The position numbers and the translations under genes are program-made. 64,000 bases of DNA from Patescibacteria group bacterium (GTDB lineage: Bacteria; Patescibacteriota; Microgenomatia; UBA1400; PJMF01): the NCBI GenBank assembly GCA_016861205.1, contig BOKX01000001.1, positions 456,539 to 520,538 on the forward strand, in the 5' to 3' direction. Below, piece by piece: positions 36,990-46,331 of this stretch (positions within the stretch are counted from its first letter, which is position 1; each line of letters begins with the position of its first letter). The notes below the pieces were generated by a model. The model did no database searches. It was not told the origin of the DNA and worked only from the letters and a program-made list of their open reading frames with translations.

Positions 36990-39626
36990 CTAATATTTTA
37001 CTCTTTTTGTCTTATCAATAAACCCTAGAACTTTTCCCCAATTAATTATTTTTTTCAATTGCCAACGCATTGTATCTTCAGTGTATTCACACTCTTCTAG
37101 AAGTAACTTATAGCTTTCAAATACTGGAGAACCTTGGTTAATTTTTCCCCATATCTCAGAGTAGGGCTTTTTAGAAAAGAAAGGCTTCAGTTTATCAAGG
37201 AGATCCTCTTCTGATGTGAAAAATAGCTCTTCTTCTTGAATTAGGTCAAAAGCCTTTAAATTTGATTTACAACTAGTTGAAAGCCGATCATTGATCTCCA
37301 CACTATTAAGAATATTCTGTAAAACTTTGCGCATCTGAGAAAATGTCACAGATGGAATAAAAAAATTACTGCTTCTTTTTCTAGCTCTAATTGAATAAGG
37401 AAGAACACTGATATTACCAAGCTTAGCAATAATCTTATTATGGTCCGCTATATTTAGTGATATCGAACCACCCTTAGAAACTACTAGCTCTGTTCCTTGA
37501 AGCCATGAAAGAAGAACTTTAGAATATGTGCGCCATGTAGAATCTGATGCGCTCAGATAAGGTAAACTTTTCTTTAAATAAGAAGGAATTTCATCCACGT
37601 TTATTGACTCTTCCTTCCCGATTGAATTTAAGAGACTTGATATATACTTATTATTTACCAATTTTCTTCTGATATATTCGCTCAACCGAGCCTGACTAAA
37701 AATATCTTTTACATTTTGTTGTACTCTCCAATAACTACCGTCCTTGACAAAAATTTCAAGATTCATGATTTCTTTAATATGATTATACGCAGTCTTCTTT
37801 GAGAAATTGTACTCTTTCATCAATGCATTAATAGTAAATTTATTTCTGGACATAGCCCAATGAATGATCGAAAGAATAGCAGAAATATTGATTCTAAGGA
37901 TTATTGGTTGCTGAAATTCTGGCAGTTTACTATATACAAGATACTCTTTAAACACATCATTATAAGTATCATAAGTTTCCCCAGTAAGTCTGAGCAAACG
38001 TGCCTGTGTTAGTTTCTCTAAAATTTTGGGCAGTAACGGATCTTCATCGAATTGGATATGTAGTTGGTTATAAGTTGATGGCAATCTGGTTGCAATATTA
38101 ATCAGATATTGTTTTTCTATTTCATCAAGGCCTTCAAGTTCTTCATCAAAAAGATCTTTTAACTGCAAACCTTCTGATATAAGTTCTTTCTCAGACTTCC
38201 CAGTAGACAAAACTTTAAGGATGTGTGCTGCTGTTCTCTTAAGAAGCCACGGAAAACCTTGTGAAAACTCAAGTAAATATGATCTTATATCGCGACCAAC
38301 TTCGAATTCTGAGTTTTCATTAATTCCATCTATTAAAGCGATGGCTTCGTCAGGAGTAAAATCTGTTAATTTATAATGTTTTGACACTAAGTTCAGTTTA
38401 TCCAAGTTGATGCTTTTCTCATCATAAGTAGTCAAAAGATCATCTTTTCTTGCTATCACTATGAATAGATCTTTAGGATATTTTAGAGCGAGGTCTATAA
38501 GTGCCTCATAAGAGTAGTAGACATCTGGATTTGTAAATGTAGACTCAAATTGATCTATGATCAACAGAAATTTTTTCTTTTGTGAAAGAAAAAGTTCTTT
38601 AAAAGCATTCTCAACATCATTTATGTCAGCAATAATCTCATCAGTTGATGTTATATTTTGGATCAGTGTTAAAAAATCAAGTTGACTTTTGATATTTCTA
38701 GCATCATGAGTATGCACGACATTTGTTTTAGCAAGAAGGCTTTCTAGGTATACCAAAAGTGAACTTTTTCCAACTCCAGATCTGCTCTTAACTTGAATTA
38801 TATTAGGAGAACTACCTGTTTCTAAATGTGACTTTATTTCATGAATTAACTCAGATCTTCCAATAAAATATTTTGGATCAACAGGAAATCGATAGTCTAA
38901 CCATCCAGAGCCAACCGTAATATAGCTTGCTTGCCTATTAATTGATCTTTGTTTCAATTTTTTACCGTAAATAACCGGTTCGAAATTTTGAAAATCAGGA
39001 ATTCTTTGAACTACTTCTCTAAGAAATTTTTCATCTGAAACTAATTCAGATTTATCGTTAAATATAGCAAGGTATGATGGAGTTACGTTCTCCGTTGTTC
39101 CTGCAACTAGAACTATATATACTCCTATATTAGTTTTTAATAAGAAGTTATTTCTTGCGGTAAAACCATGTCCGGATAGTTGCTTCGTCAAAATCGCTAT
39201 ATTCGGAAGATTCATTACATCTATCATAGATGCCATTAGTTCTTTTCCTGACAAGGCTTGAATTTTTTTATCATCTAAGTCATCCAGATAGTTCTGTGAC
39301 TCACTAGATATTGATGCCGTCGAGAGGAATATCGCATCTAAACTAGGATCTTTTTTACGTGGTACAGCCAATTTCCCAATAAACGATGTCACTTTTTCAG
39401 CCTCGACTACACTTGAGTAAGCCTTTGCTTCACCTATTAATGTAGTACCAGTAACTTTATGTTTTCCTTCTATGTCATACTCTAAAGAACTTTTTTTTCT
39501 TCTTAGTTCAACCTCATATCCTACTTTGCTCAAGTATTCTGACAAAAGTTCTTCAAAAAGCTTTCCTTTATAGAAGGAAACATTGGAATCATTCGCTTTT
39601 TTATCAATCTGTAGAAACAAGAACAT
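36990..39626 (-). CDS. Mrr-like restriction endonuclease + STAND-type (nSTAND1-like) ATPase + winged-helix region; candidate defence protein
   Basis: KGKLFEELL..EYDIEG..IGEAKAY nuclease; FIGRSEL, SRSGVGKSS, LLIIDQFE, GFPWLL; HTH-like FTINALMKEYNFSKKTAYNHIKEI; alternative start 39668. Confidence 0.78.
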   Translation of the reverse strand: MFLFLQIDKKANDSNVSFYKGKLFEELLSEYLSKVGYEVELRRKKSSLEYDIEGKHKVTGTTLIGEAKAYSSVVEAEKVTSFIGKLAVPRKKDPSLDAIFLSTASISSESQNYLDDLDDKKIQALSGKELMASMIDVMNLPNIAILTKQLSGHGFTARNNFLLKTNIGVYIVLVAGTTENVTPSYLAIFNDKSELVSDEKFLREVVQRIPDFQNFEPVIYGKKLKQRSINRQASYITVGSGWLDYRFPVDPKYFIGRSELIHEIKSHLETGSSPNIIQVKSRSGVGKSSLLVYLESLLAKTNVVHTHDARNIKSQLDFLTLIQNITSTDEIIADINDVENAFKELFLSQKKKFLLIIDQFESTFTNPDVYYSYEALIDLALKYPKDLFIVIARKDDLLTTYDEKSINLDKLNLVSKHYKLTDFTPDEAIALIDGINENSEFEVGRDIRSYLLEFSQGFPWLLKRTAAHILKVLSTGKSEKELISEGLQLKDLFDEELEGLDEIEKQYLINIATRLPSTYNQLHIQFDEDPLLPKILEKLTQARLLRLTGETYDTYNDVFKEYLVYSKLPEFQQPIILRINISAILSIIHWAMSRNKFTINALMKEYNFSKKTAYNHIKEIMNLEIFVKDGSYWRVQQNVKDIFSQARLSEYIRRKLVNNKYISSLLNSIGKEESINVDEIPSYLKKSLPYLSASDSTWRTYSKVLLSWLQGTELVVSKGGSISLNIADHNKIIAKLGNISVLPYSIRARKRSSNFFIPSVTFSQMRKVLQNILNSVEINDRLSTSCKSNLKAFDLIQEEELFFTSEEDLLDKLKPFFSKKPYSEIWGKINQGSPVFESYKLLLEECEYTEDTMRWQLKKIINWGKVLGFIDKTKRVKY

Positions 39627-39685
39627 ATGTCCGAATATACCCCAAATACCGTTTTTCTGTAAGAACATTAAAGCTGGAGGATGTA

Positions 39686-39851
39686 ATGAAAGAAACAGCT
39701 ATGCTAAACATGCAAACAATGAGAGCTAGTCAAGTTAACACAAAACCTACTGATGTGATGGACCTGATTGAGTGATTAGCCAAGTTAAAAAAGGCTGGAC
39801 ACTTGACTCACGAGGAATTTGATCATAAAAAAAGAACAACTGCTTGGGTAG
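39686..39851 (+). pseudogene. SHOCT-domain remnant
   Basis: DVMDLIE*LAKLKKAGHLTHEEFDHKK, then one extra A in an A7 run restores EQLLG*. Confidence 0.6.
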
Positions 39852-40210
39852 TGGTATGTACACTAGTACTGATTAGTACTAGTTAGATTAAAGAATAGTT
39901 TTTTTGATTAAGTTAAAAATATAAGTATAGAGTTATAGATTAGTAAGAGCATAGTTGGATTTCATTATTTTGGCACACTTGTGATAAAGATGGTGGTAGT
40001 TATGGTCGATGCAATTTTGACGTCGTTTTGGATGGTTTAAGTGACCCAAAAATTGTCCAAAACATCCAATCCAACCCACTATTTTTTCATTTCTTTTTGG
40101 TACGAAAATCATACGAAAACCTGACCGCTCAAATGTCAAAAGCAGGACCTATGAAAAAGTTTGATGAATCAATCAATGTGGTTGGCGTAGAAACCGTCAA
40201 TTCCATTATG

Positions 40211-40284
40211 TCGGGGAGACAGGACTCGAACCTGCGACCTCACGCACCCCATGCGTGCATTCTAGCCATCTGAACTACTCCCCG
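40211..40284 (-). tRNA. tRNA-Pro (anticodon GGG), CCA not encoded
   Basis: Reverse complement CGGGGAGTAGTTCAGATGGCTAGAATGCACGCATGGGGTGCGTGAGGTCGCAGGTTCGAGTCCTGTCTCCCCGA. Confidence 0.97.
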
Positions 40285-40539
40285 TTAGACCCAAGTTCCC
40301 GTGCAAGCTTGGTGCAAGCTAGCTGCGGCATACTCCAGGTATGGAGATACTTCAACTTGGTGACAACCGCCTGATTATACCGTTACTTACTCGGTTTTCC
40401 CAGTCATTGGTCTTTCTTCGGGCACTAGTCCTTGTTATACTGAGGCTGCTGGTGATCGCTCCACTCGATAGACGACCACCGTAACAGCGCCGGATTATCG
40501 ACGTACACTAACACTACTCTGCCCGAGTAAAGGATCAAC

Positions 40540-41592
40540 ATGGCTAAAGCTAGTATTGCTGCCGCTAAAACGGCTCCTGCCGAAAACACCACTTCTGTCT
40601 CATCAGCTCGATCTCAGGCTGTCTCGATTGCCATGCAGCAAATCGAGAAACAATTTGGCAAAGGTTCCATCATGAAGATGGGTGAAAGTTTAAAAAACTC
40701 AACCGAGATTCCCACCGTCTCAACTGGTTCTCTGGCTGTCAACCTGGCACTAGGTGTAGGTGGCTTTCCCAAAGGTCGGATCATCGAGATTTATGGCCCC
40801 GAAGCCTCTGGTAAAACCACGATCTGTTTACACGCTATCGCCGAGATCCAACGTCAAGGTGGTGTTGCTGCTTTCGTTGACGTTGAACACGCTCTTGATC
40901 CAGCTCGCGCCCGCAAAATCGGTGTTAACTTAGATGAGTTGCTGATCTCTCAGCCAGATTACGGCGAACAAGCCCTCGAGATCACTGAGACGTTAATTCG
41001 CTCAGGTGGCGTTGATATCGTAGTGGTCGACTCAGTCGCTGCCCTGGTCCCCAAGTCAGAAATCGAAGGTGAAATGGGTGATGCTCAAATGGGTCTACAG
41101 GCTCGGCTGATGTCACAAGCCATGCGTAAGCTAACCGCTGCCATCAATAAAACCAAAACCCTCGTCATTTTCACCAACCAGCTGCGTATGAAAATTGGCG
41201 TCATGTTTGGCAACCCTGAGACTACCACTGGTGGTAATGCTCTCAAGTTCTACGCCTCACAACGCCTAGACATTCGTAAGATCGGCAACATTCAAGAGGG
41301 TGACAAGATAGTCGGTACTCGGCATCGAGTCAAAGTGGTCAAGAACAAAGTCGCTCCACCTTTCCGAGTTGCTGAGTTCGACATGGATGAAAACGGCGTG
41401 TCCCGAGTGGGTGACGTTGTCGATATCGGTACAGAAAAGAATGTTATCGAGAAGAGTGGCAGCTTCTATCGATATCAAGGCAATGTCTTGGCCCAAGGTC
41501 GGGAAGCCACTAAACAGTACTTGCTCGAAAATCCATCTGTCATGAAGGACATCGAGAAGGAAATCTGGAAACAAATTAAATCCGAGGCCTAG
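40540..41592 (+). CDS. recA: Recombinase RecA
   Basis: [49 protein letters not shown]. Confidence 0.99.
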   Translation: MAKASIAAAKTAPAENTTSVSSARSQAVSIAMQQIEKQFGKGSIMKMGESLKNSTEIPTVSTGSLAVNLALGVGGFPKGRIIEIYGPEASGKTTICLHAIAEIQRQGGVAAFVDVEHALDPARARKIGVNLDELLISQPDYGEQALEITETLIRSGGVDIVVVDSVAALVPKSEIEGEMGDAQMGLQARLMSQAMRKLTAAINKTKTLVIFTNQLRMKIGVMFGNPETTTGGNALKFYASQRLDIRKIGNIQEGDKIVGTRHRVKVVKNKVAPPFRVAEFDMDENGVSRVGDVVDIGTEKNVIEKSGSFYRYQGNVLAQGREATKQYLLENPSVMKDIEKEIWKQIKSEA

Positions 41593-41653
41593 ATATACCC
41601 ATTTTTGATTGAATTATCAATCAAAAAATGATCTGTCATGGTCTGATTTTTGA

Positions 41654-41682
41654 TTGACTATTCGTCTGTTTTGCGGTATACT
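41654..41682 (+). promoter_or_regulatory. Sigma70-type promoter of rny
   Basis: TTGACT-17 nt-TATACT. Confidence 0.7.
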
Positions 41683-41931
41683 AGCCAATAGTTACGCCTC
41701 ATTTGAGAGCGTGAATAAGCGTTACCAAACGTAAGAATTTACAATATTACTAGTCTTTTATGAGTTTTGGTAGTAAACATCTAGCCTCCACAGCCAGCCC
41801 CGCAGTCGCGGTGGCAGGTTTTGTTGGCTCGCCTAATCGATCTAGATAATCGATTCGCTTCTTCACCTCCTCTGATCTGAACGCTAACTGCCAGATTTAC
41901 GTAATTTGGCTTGATGATACAAAGGAGATGT

Positions 41932-43560
41932 ATGTCATTTTTTAGTAATTTATCGACGCTGTTCGCCAACCAACCGGCCAACGGCAAAACTGGACACCAG
42001 GCAGGGTCACCAGGCCCTAAACCAACTAAGACGCCAGTTCAACCTAAACCTACCCCTAAAGCTCAAGTGGCTAAACCGGCGCCTCAACCCGCCCAACCAG
42101 TCGCACCAGCTCCACGACCAGTTAACCAACCAACTGCTGCTCAAATCGACCAGCAAACCATGGTTCGTGAAGCTCAGGCAAAAGCTCGGGAAATTATTGT
42201 GGAGGCCAAAGATGAGGCCTTGGCGATTCGTAGTAAAGCGGAACGAGAAGCCCGCGAGTTAAACCGTGAGCTGGAAGAGCAACAACGCTCCCTCAACGCC
42301 AAACTTGACCGGATTGACGCCAAACTAAGCCAGATGGACAACCGCGAAGGTGAGCTGGAAAAAGATCGTCAAAACTTAACGAAGCTCAAGCAACAACTTG
42401 AAGAGTCAAAACAGAAAGTTCTGGACAAACTCGAAAAGGTTGCTGGACTAACCCGCGATACTGCCAAGCAGATGTTGCTGGAAGACCTGCAGCAAAAACT
42501 TTCCAAGGACATGGCTCAGCTGATTCGGCAACGCGAAGAAGAAGCCAAGAACGAAGCCGATGAGCGAGTTAAAGACATCCTTGTTGATGCCATGAAACAT
42601 GGTGCAACCGACTATGTGCCAGAGTACACAGTCTCAACTGTGACCCTACCTTCTGAGGAAGCTAAAGGCAAAATCATTGGTAAGTCTGGCCGCAACATTC
42701 ACACTTTCGAGCGCTACACCGGTGTTGATGTCGACCTCGATACCTCACCAACCGAAGTCCGGTTGTCGTGTTTTGATCCGGTCCGCCGAGAAGTGGCTCG
42801 GATTGCGCTGGAGCGACTGGTCAAAGACGGTCGGATTCAGCCAACTCGTATCGAAGAAGTAGTCGACAAAGTTCGCTCAGAGCTCGACAAGATCATGTTC
42901 GAGGCAGGCAAGAAGCTGTGTCACGACGTTGGGGTGTACAACTTACCAACTGATCTGGTTCGCATGCTGGGCAAGTTCAAGTACCGCTTCTCATACGGTC
43001 AGAACTTGATCGGTCACACCTTGGAAGAAACTAAGATCGGTATGAAGCTCGCGCACGAGCTTAAAGCTGATGTGAACGTAGTCAAACTCGGTTGTCTGCT
43101 GCATGACATTGGTAAAGTGTCGGATGAAGCTGACGGCAGTCACGTCGAGTTAGGTATCAAGATCGCCAAGAAGTATGGTTTGCCCCAACCAGTGGTGGAC
43201 TGTATCGCCCAACATCACGAAGACGAACCATTTACTGGCCCAGAGCAAATGATTGTGTACATTGCTGACGCGATCTCTGGCGCCCGGCCTGGTGCTCGTT
43301 ACGAAAACTACGACGAGTACGTCCAACGCTTAACCAAGCTGGAAAACATTGCCACACAGTACAGAGAGGTTAAACAGGCCTACGCTATTCAGGCTGGCCG
43401 TGAAATCCGGGTGATTCTTGAACCCAACGAATCAAAAGACGATGACGTCAAAGTCTTAGCTCTCAAGATCCGTGATGAGGTTAAGAATACCCTGACTTAC
43501 CCTGGGACCGTCACAGTGACAGTCCAGCGTGAGACCAGATCGCAAGAAGTGGCTACGTAG
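41932..43560 (+). CDS. rny: Ribonuclease Y
   Basis: Coiled coil, KH (KGKIIGKSGRNI), DGRIQPTRIE, HD (LLHDIGK), ADAISGARPGAR, AIQAGREIRV; AAAGGAG before ATG 41932. Confidence 0.96.
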   Translation: MSFFSNLSTLFANQPANGKTGHQAGSPGPKPTKTPVQPKPTPKAQVAKPAPQPAQPVAPAPRPVNQPTAAQIDQQTMVREAQAKAREIIVEAKDEALAIRSKAEREARELNRELEEQQRSLNAKLDRIDAKLSQMDNREGELEKDRQNLTKLKQQLEESKQKVLDKLEKVAGLTRDTAKQMLLEDLQQKLSKDMAQLIRQREEEAKNEADERVKDILVDAMKHGATDYVPEYTVSTVTLPSEEAKGKIIGKSGRNIHTFERYTGVDVDLDTSPTEVRLSCFDPVRREVARIALERLVKDGRIQPTRIEEVVDKVRSELDKIMFEAGKKLCHDVGVYNLPTDLVRMLGKFKYRFSYGQNLIGHTLEETKIGMKLAHELKADVNVVKLGCLLHDIGKVSDEADGSHVELGIKIAKKYGLPQPVVDCIAQHHEDEPFTGPEQMIVYIADAISGARPGARYENYDEYVQRLTKLENIATQYREVKQAYAIQAGREIRVILEPNESKDDDVKVLALKIRDEVKNTLTYPGTVTVTVQRETRSQEVAT

Positions 43561-43578
43561 TTCTAAAGTGTTACAATA

Positions 43579-43608
43579 GAGCCTGTACCGATACTTCGGT
43601 ACAGGCTC
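43579..43608. other. Perfect 13-bp stem-loop between rny and secG
   Basis: GAGCCTGTACCGA-TACT-TCGGTACAGGCTC; no U tract; directly after TGTTACAAT. Confidence 0.7.
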
Positions 43609-43622
43609 ATTAGACAGGACAT

Positions 43623-43838
43623 ATGCACTCAGCTATTTTGGTTATCCAGATCGTGTTGGCCGTGTTGATTACCGGCTCAATTCTGCTGCAATCACAAGGG
43701 GCTGGTCTCGGCAGCACTTGGGGTGGTGGCGGTGAAACATACCACACTCGACGCGGTTTGGAGAAAGTTTTGTTTTACTTCACCATCGTCGCCACCGGCT
43801 TATTCGCAGTAGCTTCAGTGGCTGCGGTAGCTTGGTAA
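43623..43838 (+). CDS. secG: Preprotein translocase subunit SecG
   Basis: ILLQSQGAGLGSTWGG..TRRGLEKVL; two TMs. Confidence 0.93.
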   Translation: MHSAILVIQIVLAVLITGSILLQSQGAGLGSTWGGGGETYHTRRGLEKVLFYFTIVATGLFAVASVAAVAW

Positions 43839-43844
43839 CACATC

Positions 43845-45248
43845 ATGCGGACCTACTATTGGTACGTTACTGCCTATCTAAAAAAACACGGCAAGATCGT
43901 CTTTTTGTCCATTCTGTTGGGCATCGTCTTGTTCATGATCGCCACCCCTTTCTTCTTGAGACGTTTATCGGCTAAACCGACCAAGTACATCGGCATGGTC
44001 GGTGACTACTCATTAACGTCGTTACCAATCAACATTCAACGCCAGCTCAGTTTGGGCCTCACCAACCTGGCAGCAGACGGGGCAGCAGTACCTAGTTTGG
44101 CCGAGCGGTGGATTGTTGAAGACAATGGTAAATCGTACCGATTTGTGTTGCGTCAAAACTTAACTTGGCAAGATGGTCGCCCTTTTAAGTCGAGTGATGT
44201 TAGTTATCGATTTGAAGGCGTGGAAGTCGTCACTACCCCAAATGATGTCGTCTTCAAGTTACCAGATGCCTATGCCCCATTTCCAGTGGTGGTCAGTCAG
44301 CCACTCATCCGCACTGAGTCGCAGCGTTACTGGTGGTTTTTTGTCCGGCCACAGCTGATCGGATTGGGCGAGTATCGTTTGCTGGACTACAAGCTGAATG
44401 GTCAACGTCTAACGCAACTCACTTTAGAAAGTAATCGTGAACGTTTGATTTATCGCTTTTATCTGACTGAAGATGATGCTGTGCTCGGTTTTAAGCACGG
44501 ACAAGTTGACTTGTTGCCTGACTTAGGAACAAGCTATGACTTGCAAAACTGGCCAAACGTCTCAATTACCCCCCAACTTCATACTGAACGGTACTTAGCA
44601 ATCTTCTTCAATAATGCCTCACCTTTGTTCCCCAAAAATGTCCGCCAAGCTCTGGCTTACGCCATGACCAAGCCTGATGCCTCAACTCGAGCTATTGGAC
44701 CCATTAACCCAAACTCGTGGGCTTACTTTGATGGCGGTAAAACCTACGACTATGACCTGGATAAAGCCCAAGAGCGGCTATTGGCTGAACCACCGACCCA
44801 ACCACTTAACATCGAACTAACAACAACCACGGTTTTCCAGCCTGAGGCTGAGCAGATTAAGCAGGAATGGGAACACCTGGGCCAATTGGCGGTCAAAAGC
44901 TGCCAAAATAGCAAAGATATCAAGGAGAAAGCTTTGTGTGCCAACATGCTGATCACAGTTAACTTGCGTCTCAACAACTATCCTGACACTACCAACTTTC
45001 AAGTACTGCTCATCGGCCAAGAGTCACCACCAGACCCCGATCAGTACTCAAGCTGGCACTCTGACCAAAGCACTAACTTCACCGCCTACAAAAACACGCG
45101 TATTGATAGTTTGTTGGAAAAAGGTCGCCAGACCATCGATCAAAGTGAGCGCAAAGCCATCTATCAAGAGTTCCAACAGTTTATGTTGGAAGATGTGCCG
45201 GCTATCTTCATTCGCTACCTGGAAAGCTACGAAATTCGGCGGAAGTAA
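43845..45248 (+). CDS. ABC transporter substrate-binding protein, family 5
   Basis: PSLAERW..Y.F.LR..WQDG.PF.SSDV; VRQALAYA; YKNTRIDSLLEKGR..ERKAIY..FQ..EDVPAIF. Confidence 0.9.
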   Translation: MRTYYWYVTAYLKKHGKIVFLSILLGIVLFMIATPFFLRRLSAKPTKYIGMVGDYSLTSLPINIQRQLSLGLTNLAADGAAVPSLAERWIVEDNGKSYRFVLRQNLTWQDGRPFKSSDVSYRFEGVEVVTTPNDVVFKLPDAYAPFPVVVSQPLIRTESQRYWWFFVRPQLIGLGEYRLLDYKLNGQRLTQLTLESNRERLIYRFYLTEDDAVLGFKHGQVDLLPDLGTSYDLQNWPNVSITPQLHTERYLAIFFNNASPLFPKNVRQALAYAMTKPDASTRAIGPINPNSWAYFDGGKTYDYDLDKAQERLLAEPPTQPLNIELTTTTVFQPEAEQIKQEWEHLGQLAVKSCQNSKDIKEKALCANMLITVNLRLNNYPDTTNFQVLLIGQESPPDPDQYSSWHSDQSTNFTAYKNTRIDSLLEKGRQTIDQSERKAIYQEFQQFMLEDVPAIFIRYLESYEIRRK

Positions 45249-45272
45249 AATGCTGGGCATACTATCTCGAGT

Positions 45273-46310
45273 ATGACCAAGTTAAACACCTCATCTTCTC
45301 TCCTTGACGCGCCCACCTATTTTTCGGACCTGTCTCAACAAATTTTGAACTCGACACAACAAGTCTGGATTCAAACAATGTATTTTGAACCAGGCACCAT
45401 TACAGGCACTTTGCTTAAGGCGCTGATCAAAGCTGCACAAAACAAAGTTGACGTCCGCTTGCATATAGACTGGTTTGGCTTAGCTACCACTGATCCGAAT
45501 CTTAACGTAGTTGCACAGGCACTCCTGACTAAACCCGGCCAAGCTTCGAGGCAAAAATTGCATCAAAAAAAGCTCACTTTACTGCGAGACCTCGAAAAGT
45601 CTGGCGTAAAAATTTACTTTACTAACCCACCTAATTTCGCAAACAAACTTTTACCCTATTGGAAGCGAAACCATGTTAAGTTGAGTATAGTTGATACGAC
45701 TACATATATAGGAAGTTGCAACATCTCTGATGACGATGCTCGGTATATTAACACGATGGTAAAAATCAATGATCACCATCTGACTAATTTATTGCAATCA
45801 TTTTTTTTATATTTCGAAGGCAATGCACCTTTGCCTCCCACTCATACCAAAGTGGATCAGCTAACTACTATTGTTTTTGACAATGGTCAGACAGAACACT
45901 CACCAATTCGTGACGAAGTGTTCAGTGCAGTCGGTAATGCAAAAAAAAGCGTCACGTATGTCAGCCAATTCTCACCGGACTGGCAGCTGTTAATGCAACT
46001 TGAAGCGGCTCGAGCCCAAAATGTTAAAGTAGAAATAATCGTCCCGCAAAAGAATACATTCAATTCCCTGTTTTCCAGTCACCAAGTCCTGAACTATATG
46101 CTTGCCAAGTTAGCTAGTCCACACCTACCACAAAAAAAGCTTGCTGAAATGATTCACGCTAAACTTCTGCTCGTCGATAACCAAACTGTTATCTTTGGAT
46201 CACACAACTTCAACTCAAGTGGAGTGCTAATGGGAACAACTGAGCTAGCTTTGATTTCACATCGTGCTGAACTTGTTACACAGTTTGTTAAATTCGTCGA
46301 AGACCTTTGA
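45273..46310 (+). CDS. Phospholipase D / cardiolipin synthase-like protein
   Basis: Two HKD motifs: HVKLSIVD..IGSCN and HAKLLLVD..FGSHN; no N-terminal TMs. Confidence 0.88.
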   Translation: MTKLNTSSSLLDAPTYFSDLSQQILNSTQQVWIQTMYFEPGTITGTLLKALIKAAQNKVDVRLHIDWFGLATTDPNLNVVAQALLTKPGQASRQKLHQKKLTLLRDLEKSGVKIYFTNPPNFANKLLPYWKRNHVKLSIVDTTTYIGSCNISDDDARYINTMVKINDHHLTNLLQSFFLYFEGNAPLPPTHTKVDQLTTIVFDNGQTEHSPIRDEVFSAVGNAKKSVTYVSQFSPDWQLLMQLEAARAQNVKVEIIVPQKNTFNSLFSSHQVLNYMLAKLASPHLPQKKLAEMIHAKLLLVDNQTVIFGSHNFNSSGVLMGTTELALISHRAELVTQFVKFVEDL

Positions 46311-46331
46311 GGTTGAGCTTTAATCTAGGCT

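Larger units (their letters stand above)
36903..40233. mobile_element. AT-rich genomic islet at the 3' end of tRNA-Pro, no intact integrase
   Basis: Clear GC drop; degenerate direct repeat TGTCGcAGACAGGAC---AACCT (36903-36922) versus TGTCGgggAGACAGGACtcgAACCT (40209-40233). Confidence 0.55.

Noticed and set aside
39770-39780. In-frame TGA as evidence of code 25 recoding
   Set aside because: TGA ends many intact genes here, long ORFs are open in code 11, and the same remnant also has a frameshift.
40028-40273. 81-aa ORF ending SGRQDSNLRP, considered as an integrase tail
   Set aside because: The C-terminus is antisense tRNA-Pro translation and no recombinase motif is recognisable; an eroded remnant cannot be excluded but is unsupported.
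41690-41900. rny leader as 6S RNA
   Set aside because: It folds as separate local hairpins rather than one rod with a central bubble; retained only as a structured leader.
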